From Candidatus Aminicenantes bacterium (GTDB lineage: Bacteria > Acidobacteriota > Aminicenantia > Aminicenantales > JAFGAV01): a stretch of 64,000 nt of DNA. This document shows, one piece after another, positions 32,232 to 40,875 of the stretch; within the stretch, counting starts at the first letter, position 1; each line of letters opens with the position of its first letter. The position numbers and the translations under genes were made by a program. The notes beneath the pieces are model-generated. The model was given only the letters and a program-made list of their open reading frames with translations. It was not told where the DNA came from and ran no database searches. Location: NCBI GenBank assembly GCA_963705895.1, contig OY970122.1, forward strand, positions 2,914,774 to 2,978,773. Reading direction: 5' to 3'.

Positions 32232-32481
32232 CGGCCCTCTCATTCAGGGATACAACGCCGAATCGCGCTCCGGCTTCGTGTCTTCCTGAGGTTCAGACTC
32301 CGGGAATAGGAAGAATGAGGTTGAGTTTGAACAGGGCTCGCGCCGCCGCCCCCGAGCGAACACCCGGGCGGAAGAAGCTTCCCTTGCTGCATCGGCAGGC
32401 TGAAAGATAAAAAGGGGGAGCCGGGCACGGGCTGAACGGGGGCGAAGCTCAGTGCCGAAATGACATGGGAGTGAGCGCCGG

Positions 32482-33762
32482 CTATTTCAGGTAGCCGAGG
32501 CTCTTCAGCCGTTTGATGATCGCTTGGTCAAAATGTGTTTCGATCGGCTTGTCCGAGGAGTCCTTCCTCGGACCGTAGGAGGCGATCGTTTGGATCCGGT
32601 GGGCCGCAACGAACTTGGGAGTCATGGCCTCCAGGCACACCCGGCCGTCCATATCCTCGGCCACGGGCAGGCCCACGAGGTAAAGCAGCGTGGGGCAAAT
32701 GTCGACCAAGGCGACGGGTTTCTCGAGCCGGACGCCGCGCTTGATCCCCTGGCCGGAGATGATGAACACTCCGTTCTTCGTGTGTTCGCCCCTCATCAGG
32801 CCATGGTCGGAGGAGATGATGATGGTCGTATCGGCGCCGGCCGCATCCAGGAAAGGCTTGATCATCTCGTCCATGGCCAGGTAGTAGTTCCTCTGGACGT
32901 CTCCCGCTACGGCTATGACGGCCAGCCTTTTTTTGGATTTCTTGCCCGTAAAGCGATGGCCGACGACATCGACGCCGCTCAAGTAGATAGCGAAAACCCG
33001 GGGCTTTTGGGATCGGTAAAGGCGAATTCCGATCTCGCTGTAGATCGCATCCGTCATAAAAGCCCAATCCGTCTGGGTGACGACAGGCGGAACCTTGGTG
33101 AACTTCGATTGGGGGATTATCTTTTCGGAACTTTGTCGATACTTTTTTTCTCCCTCCAGGCTCGCCTTCTTGGTCTCGTCTTCGAGCGAGGGCGGATAGA
33201 CCATCTGCGGAACATCGCTGTAGAACGACCCCTTCCAGATCGGCTGGAGACCCGGGCCCCGGACGCCCAAATAGGAGGAGACCATGAATCCCTTGACCGC
33301 TTCCACGGGCCAGGTGATGTACCATCCCACGATTCCCACGGAGATGTCCTTCTCGGAGAGGATGTTCCAGAAGGCCTTGGTCCTGCGGCGGTTGCTCGTG
33401 TTGGGGATCATCTTTTGGGTCTGGGGCTCGATGATGACGAAGCCGTTGATCCCGTGCTTTGACGAGAACTGGCCCGTGGCCACGTCGGTCCAATAGAGCG
33501 CGCTTCCCTTCCCCCATTCATTGGTCTCGATCTTGGCCGAGCAGGCGCCCTTGATCAGCCGGTCGAAGTTGGGCAGAAGGCCCTGCCCTCTAAGGGTGTC
33601 GACCAACTCCCAGTCGAGGCCGTCGATGCCGATGTACAAGATCCTGCGCTGCCCTCCGACCCGGCAGGATACCGCCAGGAAGGCGAGACATATCAGACCG
33701 ATAAAAAAAACCAGGATTCTTTTGCTCGACATCGCCCCTCCTTTATTCGATCCGCGCTTCAT
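32482..33762 (-). CDS. Alkaline-phosphatase-superfamily enzyme, type I phosphodiesterase/nucleotide pyrophosphatase (NPP)-like, secreted
   Basis: ILYIGIDGLDWE metal-binding start and TGQFSSKHGI, which resembles the NPP TG..P..HGI motif. Signal peptide. Start could be 33732. Confidence 0.85.
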   Translation of the reverse strand: MKRGSNKGGAMSSKRILVFFIGLICLAFLAVSCRVGGQRRILYIGIDGLDWELVDTLRGQGLLPNFDRLIKGACSAKIETNEWGKGSALYWTDVATGQFSSKHGINGFVIIEPQTQKMIPNTSNRRRTKAFWNILSEKDISVGIVGWYITWPVEAVKGFMVSSYLGVRGPGLQPIWKGSFYSDVPQMVYPPSLEDETKKASLEGEKKYRQSSEKIIPQSKFTKVPPVVTQTDWAFMTDAIYSEIGIRLYRSQKPRVFAIYLSGVDVVGHRFTGKKSKKRLAVIAVAGDVQRNYYLAMDEMIKPFLDAAGADTTIIISSDHGLMRGEHTKNGVFIISGQGIKRGVRLEKPVALVDICPTLLYLVGLPVAEDMDGRVCLEAMTPKFVAAHRIQTIASYGPRKDSSDKPIETHFDQAIIKRLKSLGYLK

Positions 33763-33837
33763 GAAATATGAATAATATTATCAAATCCCAGGAGAAGTCA
33801 ATCGAGACAGAGAAGGAGGCTGTTCCGCTATTCGGGC

Positions 33838-35118
33838 TTATTTCAGGTAGCCGAGGGTCTTCAGCCTTTTGATAATGGACTCATCGAAATTCGTCTCGAT
33901 CGGCTTGTCTGACGAGTCCCTCCTCGGGCCGTAGGAGGCGATCGTTTGGATCCGGTGGGCCGCGACGTGCTCGGGAGTCATGGCCTCCAGGCATACCCGG
34001 CCGTCCATGTCCTCGGCCACGGGCAGGCCCATGAGGTAAAGCATCGTGGGGCAAATGTCGATCAAGGCGACGGGTTTCTCGAGCCGGACGCCGCGCTTGA
34101 CCCCCGGCCCGGACAGGACGAAAACGCCGTTCTTCTGGTGCTTGCCCCTCATCAGGCCGTGGTCGGAGACGAGAAAAACAAAGGTCTTATCATCGATGGA
34201 GGAGACGATAGGCGCGATCATCTCATCCATGGCCAGGTAGCAGTTCTTCTGCACGTCGGCGAATTTCCCGGGAGCCTTGGCCTTCCGCTTGCGGTTCTTA
34301 TGGGTGAACATATGCCCGACCGTATCGATGCTGCCCAAGTAGACGGCGAAGACCTCCGGTTTCATCTTCTCGTAGAGGTGCCGTCCGACCTCGAGATAAA
34401 TAGAGTCGGACATGATGGCCCACTCCGCCTTGGTGACGGTCGGCTGGCTTGTCGTCGGAGCCTCGAGGGGGATGATCTTGCGAATCCTCTGTTGGTACTG
34501 GGTTTCTCCCTTATGCACGTAGTCCTTAGTTTCGTCGGCAAGGGCTCGGGGGTAGATCATGTCCGGCTCTTGGGCATAATACATGCCCCTGATCGTGGGC
34601 TGGACATCTTTATAGGTAAAGTAGGAGGACACCATGAACCCCCTGACGTTCTCCACCGGCCAGGTGATATACCAGCCTACCACGCCCACCGAGACCCCCT
34701 TCTCCGAAAAGATATTCCAAAAGGCCTTGGTTTTCCTGCGGTTGCTCGTGTTGGGGGTCATCTTCCCGGTCTGGGGGTCTGTATAAACGAAGTCGTTGAT
34801 CCCGTGCTTTTTGGAGAACTGGCCGGTGGCGATGTCGGTCCAGTACAGAGCGCTTCCCGCTCCCCATTCATTGGTTTCGATCTTGGCCGAGCAGCCTGTC
34901 TTGATCAGGCGGTCGATGTTGGGCAGCAGGCCCTGATCGCGCAGGGTGTCGATCATCTCCCAATCGAGGGCGTCGATCCCGAGGAAAAGGATCTTGTTGG
35001 GAGTTCCCGGATGACAGGATAAAGAGACGCCCGCGAGCAAAGCCAGAGCGAAACCGGCGACCTTGCCGACGAACGAACGAAGGATCATCCGTTCCGAACC
35101 TTTGAATTCCAGCTTCAT
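33838..35118 (-). CDS. Second NPP-like alkaline-phosphatase-family paralog (tandem), secreted
   Basis: ILFLGIDALDWE...TGQFSKKHGI. The last approx. 90 codons are nearly identical at DNA level to the downstream paralog. Start MKLEFK at 35118. Confidence 0.85.
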   Translation of the reverse strand: MKLEFKGSERMILRSFVGKVAGFALALLAGVSLSCHPGTPNKILFLGIDALDWEMIDTLRDQGLLPNIDRLIKTGCSAKIETNEWGAGSALYWTDIATGQFSKKHGINDFVYTDPQTGKMTPNTSNRRKTKAFWNIFSEKGVSVGVVGWYITWPVENVRGFMVSSYFTYKDVQPTIRGMYYAQEPDMIYPRALADETKDYVHKGETQYQQRIRKIIPLEAPTTSQPTVTKAEWAIMSDSIYLEVGRHLYEKMKPEVFAVYLGSIDTVGHMFTHKNRKRKAKAPGKFADVQKNCYLAMDEMIAPIVSSIDDKTFVFLVSDHGLMRGKHQKNGVFVLSGPGVKRGVRLEKPVALIDICPTMLYLMGLPVAEDMDGRVCLEAMTPEHVAAHRIQTIASYGPRRDSSDKPIETNFDESIIKRLKTLGYLK

Positions 35119-35176
35119 AGTTCCATCCAATCTACTTGCCGTGATTCCAGATGTCAAGCGCGAAAGAGCTCCGAGC

Positions 35177-36022
35177 CTAGTACAAGACGCGGTCTTCGCC
35201 CCGGGCCGTGACGAGGGACTCGATCCCCCGGAGCAGCAGGTCCCGCCGCACGAGCAGCTCATCGATCTCGGAGCTGGTCAGATAATCCTCCACGGCCGCC
35301 CGAATGCCGGCGTGGGTCAAAGCCCGCATCCCTGCGACGAATCGGCGCGGGAGCCGGCCGATTCCGGGAGTGCCGAGGTCATCGCCCACGGGATAGAGGA
35401 GTCGGCCGGTGTAAGGCGGCAGGTCGCGGAAGGACTGGCTGTGATCGATGAGAACCAGGCGCCAGTCTTCTGTGTAACGCATGTTTTGAAGCGTCCGGTC
35501 GGAATTGGCGATGAGACTGTCGAACGCTCTCTGCAACGAACGGGCCTTGTCGCGCGCGTCCTGGATGCCGGCCGGCGGGACGATATTCTCCTTGGCGAGC
35601 TTGAGCTCGCTGTAGGACAGGTCCACCCAGAGCTGGAGCGATCCCGCGTAGCCGTGGTAGGAGCGCTCGACGACGGGGGGGACCATGTTGAGCCCCAGGA
35701 TCCTATCCAGGCGATAGGCGGCGATCTCATGCTCCCATTTATCAAAACGGCCGGACCCGGCCGCGGACGGCCGCTTCCAAAGGCCGAACGCTTCGACTTG
35801 GCCCTTTTTTAGGCGCAGTCTCTTGGGATGGGTCACACCCTCCCCGACGTTCTCGGCGTCGATGATCTTGGCCTCTTTCAGGAACTTTTCCCAAAACGGC
35901 CGGCGGGCGATATCATCGTCGGTCAATTGAGCTCGACTCCAAAGGCCGAGACCGAGAACCAGGGATGCCGCGAGGAGGCCTAGGACCATCCGTCTCCTCC
36001 GCCGGGCAAGATCGGGTTTCAT
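35177..36022 (-). CDS. Secreted FAM20/four-jointed-like secretory-pathway kinase homolog (DUF1193-like)
   Basis: Signal/Tat-like N-terminus MKPDLARRRRRMVLGLLAASLVLGLGLWS. EIAAYRLDRILGLNMVPPVVERS recalls the FAM20 motif FHLDRILGFRRVPPVVGR. FDSLIANSDRTLQNM...LVLIDHSQSF recalls FDFLIGNMDRHHYE...HLDNGRGF. Confidence 0.7.
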   Translation of the reverse strand: MKPDLARRRRRMVLGLLAASLVLGLGLWSRAQLTDDDIARRPFWEKFLKEAKIIDAENVGEGVTHPKRLRLKKGQVEAFGLWKRPSAAGSGRFDKWEHEIAAYRLDRILGLNMVPPVVERSYHGYAGSLQLWVDLSYSELKLAKENIVPPAGIQDARDKARSLQRAFDSLIANSDRTLQNMRYTEDWRLVLIDHSQSFRDLPPYTGRLLYPVGDDLGTPGIGRLPRRFVAGMRALTHAGIRAAVEDYLTSSEIDELLVRRDLLLRGIESLVTARGEDRVLY

Positions 36023-36675
36023 TTTCGAGTCAATCGCTCGAGAAGCACACGGCTGTTTTCCTCAATGCAGAGCCATTCCGCTTCGGTCAGCCCGGCCCCC
36101 AGGCCGACGCTCTTCCATCCGTCGGGGAAGAGAAGATCCTCGCCGGAATGGGCGTCGCTGTTGACGACCAAGGGAATCCCAAACTCATGTGCCTTGCGTG
36201 CCACGTGGCCGTTGGTCAGGCAATGGCCCTTCCGCGCCGAGAGCTCAAAAAAGATCCCCTTTTTCCCGGCCAGACGGCAGTCCTCGTCCGAGACAAGGCC
36301 GGGATGCGCCAAGATATCCGCTCCCCCTTCGATCGCGGCCCGGTTGGTGCCGGGCCGGACCGGCTCGACGACGGTTTCCCCGTGCACGATGACCGGCCGC
36401 GCCCCCGCTCTGCGGGCGAGGTCGATGAGCTCGGGGATGAGCTCGGGCGGGACATGGGTGATCTCGACCCCGGACAAAAGGATGAGGCCGCTTATCGCGT
36501 TGAGTCGGCGGCAAACGCGGCCCGTTTCCTCGATGAGCCGCTCGATGTTCGAGAAATCCGCGTGGTCGGTGAGTCCCAGGGCCCGGTAACCGCGGACCTC
36601 CGCCTGACGCGCCGCTTCGGCGGGGAGCAAGAGCCCGTCGCTCGAAAACGTGTGGGAATGAAAATCGATGACCAA
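36019..36675 (-). CDS. PHP-family metal-dependent phosphoesterase (YcdX-like)
   Basis: PHP motifs IDFHSHT, LTDHAD, GVEITH, AHPG, NSDAHS. ATGA overlap with the kinase-like gene. Confidence 0.85.
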   Translation of the reverse strand: MVIDFHSHTFSSDGLLLPAEAARQAEVRGYRALGLTDHADFSNIERLIEETGRVCRRLNAISGLILLSGVEITHVPPELIPELIDLARRAGARPVIVHGETVVEPVRPGTNRAAIEGGADILAHPGLVSDEDCRLAGKKGIFFELSARKGHCLTNGHVARKAHEFGIPLVVNSDAHSGEDLLFPDGWKSVGLGAGLTEAEWLCIEENSRVLLERLTRK

Positions 36676-36738
36676 GGATTCACCCTCCTCTCCTCTGTGC
36701 GAATTCTAGCATGGTCCTGCCCGGGGGTCAAAAATCGC

Positions 36739-36784
36739 AAAAAAAAGCTCACGGCGTCCCAGTTCAGGACTGGGACGCGTGAGC
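36739..36784 (-). terminator. Rho-independent terminator on the minus strand (16-bp GC-rich stem, loop, T8)
   Basis: Plus-strand A8 (36739-36746) followed by GCTCACGGCGTCCCAGT-TCAG-GACTGGGACGCGTGAGC. On the minus strand this reads hairpin then TTTTTTTT. It separates the C26 gene from the PHP-kinase operon. Confidence 0.6.
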
Positions 36785-36960
36785 TTCCTTCAAGAGAGCA
36801 GTTTTACATCGTGCTCAGGATGCACGTCGGCAGCCGCTCTTGCAGTGGCTGACCCGAGGAACCAAGTATCTCGACATGGTCGGCTCCTTTCCCAAAAAAT
36901 CAAAATCCTATAAATAATATAGGATAACTTACTGCCTGCGTCAACGGATAAATGAAGGCT

Positions 36961-38100
36961 TCAGTGCCTGCCCGCCAATCGGGCAGTGAACCAGGCCCAC
37001 AACTTCTTGTGGAATTCGAGGCTCGGCGGATGGGCTTCCAAAAAACCTTTCCAGGTCAAGGGCGAGGTTTCCTGGGGAGAAAGGCGATAGGGACGGGACG
37101 CATCCCAGAGGTTCATGTTCTCGGGATGGAACTGGACGGCCAGGACGTTCGGGAATCGGTCGTGGCTCATGGCCTCAACGATCTTGCCGTCGAGCGAGGT
37201 GGCCTCGACCCGAAGGTTCTTGCCCAGCTTGGCCACGGCCTGATGATGGGAGCTCAGGACATATGGCTGGGCGTCGGGGGCCAGCCCCAGCTCCCGGGCG
37301 AGCTTGCCCTTGTCCAGCGGAGCTATCGGATGAAGCGTCCCGGCCGGAAGATCGGACGTCGGATAGAGCTTCGCGTAGGGGTTATCGTGCCAGTCGGGCA
37401 GCCCCAGAAGAAGGATATCCTCGATGAACATCTTGCCGTAGACCTCGTTCCAGATGTCCTGGATGAGCGTCCCGCCCGCGGCCACGTTCAGGCTTTGGGC
37501 GCCCAGGCAGATGGCCAGGATGGGATAGTCGGGCCGCGAGCCGAGGAGGGGCTCGAATTTCTCATCCTGGTAACCGCCCAGCAGTTGATAGAGGACGGAC
37601 AGCTCGAATTCGTGGCGGGCCGGGTCTACGATCGTCGTCAGGAGGCTTGTTGGGCTCCCGTACATCTCGGGGGGAATATCCGGACCGCCGGTGAAGATCA
37701 TCCCGTCCGATGCCCGGAAGATCCGCTCTATCTCCGGGCTGAGGACGTTCGCCCGAAAGACATCCTTGGTCTCGAGAGAGGCCGGGATCTCATGGAACTT
37801 GAACCAATCCAGGTGCTCGTCCCGGACCAAGGCTTTGGCCGCCTCGATATCGAAGGATTCCTTTTGATGGTAGACGCCGATGACCGTCAGGTCCGCGAGG
37901 TCGATGAGCTTCTCCGCGCGGAGGGCCGCGATATCCCTGACTCGATTCGCTGTCGGATGAAAAACGACCAGCCGCACGCCGCTGTGTTCGGGTCCGACCG
38001 TATCGAAGAACCTGTTCTCGGATCGTGCGGCGGAAGCGGCCGATAGGACCGGAACCGCCGCGGCCAGGATGAGGATCGCCGCGAGGAGTCTCTTGGTCAT
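36961..38100 (-). CDS. Secreted class-I glutamine-amidotransferase-like / peptidase C26 (gamma-glutamyl hydrolase family) protein with N-terminal extension
   Basis: ILAICLGAQSLNVAAGGTL (Cys nucleophile), SSHHQAV, VQFHPE. Signal peptide. Confidence 0.8.
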   Translation of the reverse strand: MTKRLLAAILILAAAVPVLSAASAARSENRFFDTVGPEHSGVRLVVFHPTANRVRDIAALRAEKLIDLADLTVIGVYHQKESFDIEAAKALVRDEHLDWFKFHEIPASLETKDVFRANVLSPEIERIFRASDGMIFTGGPDIPPEMYGSPTSLLTTIVDPARHEFELSVLYQLLGGYQDEKFEPLLGSRPDYPILAICLGAQSLNVAAGGTLIQDIWNEVYGKMFIEDILLLGLPDWHDNPYAKLYPTSDLPAGTLHPIAPLDKGKLARELGLAPDAQPYVLSSHHQAVAKLGKNLRVEATSLDGKIVEAMSHDRFPNVLAVQFHPENMNLWDASRPYRLSPQETSPLTWKGFLEAHPPSLEFHKKLWAWFTARLAGRH

Positions 38101-38284
38101 GGGATGTTGGGCCTCTCTTTCAAAGGGAAGATTATCACAGCAGGCGGCAAAATACTCGTCCGGACCCGGACCGCCGTTCCGGCTCGGGCGCCGGGCAGGA
38201 AAGGAAAGGAAGCGGCCGAAGATGATCCAGGGCGGACGTTTTGCCTTTCTTTGATAAAGCCGTTTTTATGATCACCTCCGACGG

Positions 38285-38929
38285 TCAGGCGAGACGGATC
38301 AGGGCGAGCAGGGCCAGACAGACCGCGACGGCGGCCGGGATGATCAGGTAATAGGCCCCCGTCCGCTTGAAGCCGAGCCGCTCGCCCGCCCAGGCACCGA
38401 GCGGGACGGTGACCAGAGACAGGCCGATGGCCCAGGCTGCGTAATGCCAGGCCAGAGGCGTGTGCGTCCCAGGAACGACACAGGCGGGGATGCCCGTGCA
38501 GAACTTCACCAGGGGAAAGGCGGCCACGGCCAGCAGGGCCGAAGCCCCGCCCAGGAGTGACCGTCCGAGGGCCCGGGATTTCCAGGCCGTCCGGGCCAGG
38601 GAGAAGACGAGGGCAAAGGCCAGGCCTTCGGTGACGAAGGCGAAGAGCGGGTTGGCCACCGCGCCGCTGCGAATGGAGAGCGAAAGCAGGCGGGCGTCGA
38701 ACAGCTTGAACAAGCAGGTGACGAGAACCAGAACGGGCAAGACGGCCATTCCCCCCGAACGCGTCCAGGCGGCGCTCACGAAAAACAGCGCCGCGGCCGT
38801 CATGATCGAGCCCGAAGCGAGGGAGGCGCAGCTCTTGAGTCCAAGCCCCAGCCCGGCTTCAGCCAATCCCCAGGCCGCCCCGAGAAGGATGACCACGCCC
38901 CATGACCGAGAAGAGGACTTTCCCGACAT
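38285..38929 (-). CDS. Hypothetical polytopic membrane protein
   Basis: Five to six hydrophobic helices; no recognisable motif. Confidence 0.5.
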   Translation of the reverse strand: MSGKSSSRSWGVVILLGAAWGLAEAGLGLGLKSCASLASGSIMTAAALFFVSAAWTRSGGMAVLPVLVLVTCLFKLFDARLLSLSIRSGAVANPLFAFVTEGLAFALVFSLARTAWKSRALGRSLLGGASALLAVAAFPLVKFCTGIPACVVPGTHTPLAWHYAAWAIGLSLVTVPLGAWAGERLGFKRTGAYYLIIPAAVAVCLALLALIRLA

Positions 38930-39089
38930 GGCGAACTCCTTGTCTTTTTTGGTCGAAGAGATGAAACCATTATAGAGCGCGTTCCGCGTCTAATCAATGT
39001 CAAGGGGGCCGGTTTTTTCCCCGGGCCCGTGGGAACGGGACTTCCCCCCGACGTTGACTTTCCTCATCCCCTCCGCTATAAGGAACTGG

Positions 39090-40394
39090 ATGAACAAGAA
39101 GATTCCGATCCTGATCATGGCCGTCCTTTCGCTCACGATCACGATGCGGGCCTCCGGTTCGGCGGCGTCTCAAGCCCTGGAGAAAAGGATTCCGGACATC
39201 GTCCGGAGCATCACCCCGTCGCTGATCGATGTTCGACGGGACATTCATGCCCATCCCGAGCTCTCGACCAAGGAAGTCCGCACCGCGGCCCTTGTTGCCG
39301 GCTATCTTGCCAAGCTGGGGCTCGAGGTCCGGACCGGGATCGGCGGAACGGGCGTGCTCGGCATTCTTCGAGGGGGGAAGCCCGGACCCGTGGTCGGCAT
39401 CCGGGCCGAAATGGACGCCCTGCCGATCACCGAGGAGACGAACCTCGACTTTGCCTCCCGGGTCAAGGACGAAGTCGACGGCCGGGCCTGCGGCGTCATG
39501 CATGCTTGCGGCCACGACATCCATACCACGGTCATGCTGGGGGTGGCCGAGGTCCTGTCCCGGCTGCGCCGAGACCTGCCGGGGACCGTGCTCTTCGTTG
39601 CGCAGCCGGACGAAGAGGTGAGCGACGGCGCCCAGCGGATGCTGAAGGATGGGGTCTTCAAAGACATCCGACCCGATGTTATGTTCGCCTTCCACGTCAA
39701 TGATGAGGTCAAGGCCGGGGTCATCACCTATGTGCCCGGATTTGCCACGGCCAACTGCGATGGGTTCCGGCTGACGATCAAGTCCGAGGGATGCCACGGT
39801 TCCGAACCCTTCCTGTGCGTGGACCCCATCATGGTCGGGGCCCAGGTCGTGATCGCCTTGCAGGGCATGATTGCGCGGGAGATCAACGTTTACGACAAGA
39901 CCGTCATCACCGTGGGTTCTTTCCATGCCGGGTCGGCCTCGAACATAATTCCCGATAAGGCCGTGCTCGATGCCACGGTCCGAAGCTACGGCGAAGAACA
40001 GAGGAAGGTCCTTAGGCAGAAGATCGAGCGGGTCATTGCCGGGATTTGCCAGGCGGCCCAAGCCGCCTATGACCTCGACTACCATTTTGGGACGGTATCG
40101 CTCTACAACGACCCGGCCCTCATGAAACGGATCCTGCCCACCGTGGCCCGCGTTCTCGGGGGAAATCAGTTCCTCAAAGAAGACCCGCCGGAGATGGGCG
40201 GCGAGGATTTCGGCTTCTTCGCCCAGGAAGTCCCCTCTGTCATGCTCCTTTTAGGGGCCGTGCCCAAGGACCTGGACAAGACCGCTGTGCATTCCCCGAC
40301 TTTTAGGGCCGACGAGGACAGCATCCCGCTGGGCGTGCGGGTCATGTCCTCGCTGGTTATCGACTACCTGTTCGATCCGCTCGTGAAAAAATAA
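39090..40394 (+). CDS. M20D family amidohydrolase (hippurate-hydrolase-like) with signal peptide
   Basis: MHACGHDIHT metal-binding motif. Start MNKKIPILIMAVLSL at 39090. Confidence 0.9.
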   Translation: MNKKIPILIMAVLSLTITMRASGSAASQALEKRIPDIVRSITPSLIDVRRDIHAHPELSTKEVRTAALVAGYLAKLGLEVRTGIGGTGVLGILRGGKPGPVVGIRAEMDALPITEETNLDFASRVKDEVDGRACGVMHACGHDIHTTVMLGVAEVLSRLRRDLPGTVLFVAQPDEEVSDGAQRMLKDGVFKDIRPDVMFAFHVNDEVKAGVITYVPGFATANCDGFRLTIKSEGCHGSEPFLCVDPIMVGAQVVIALQGMIAREINVYDKTVITVGSFHAGSASNIIPDKAVLDATVRSYGEEQRKVLRQKIERVIAGICQAAQAAYDLDYHFGTVSLYNDPALMKRILPTVARVLGGNQFLKEDPPEMGGEDFGFFAQEVPSVMLLLGAVPKDLDKTAVHSPTFRADEDSIPLGVRVMSSLVIDYLFDPLVKK

Positions 40395-40875
40395 AAGGGA
40401 CGAGGAAACCGTGCGGCTGGCGAGAGGAGTCCGTCGTGTTTCGTGCCGCGTCGAATTCTATGCCGGGTCAAAGGCCGAAGAAACTCCCCGCCGCGTCCAT
40501 TGCCAAGGCAAGGATATGAACGTCGACGAGGTCCTAGGCAGGCGGCGGGTCATGGACAAGGCTTCCGGCAGAACGACCGAAGAATTCACCCTGGTCCTTG
40601 ACGGACGGATCGCCAGGATCCGCCGGACGATCTCAGGCCGCTGGTCTCTCCTGCTTCCTCTTGCCTGATTTTTTTTCCAGGGTTTTCACCCTTCCCTCGA
40701 ACCTCTCAACTTCCGGTTTCGCAGTCAGTTGGCCCAGACCCTCGTCCCGGGCGACGTGGAAAAAGGCGGGGACCGGCTTGGCGTTGCCTCTCCCGCAAGG
40801 CCCGGCGGCGGGCAATATCTTTAGGCTTATTCGAGTGGGGAAGAATCGTTTTCGGGGAAGCCGTGGTGAGGCGGC

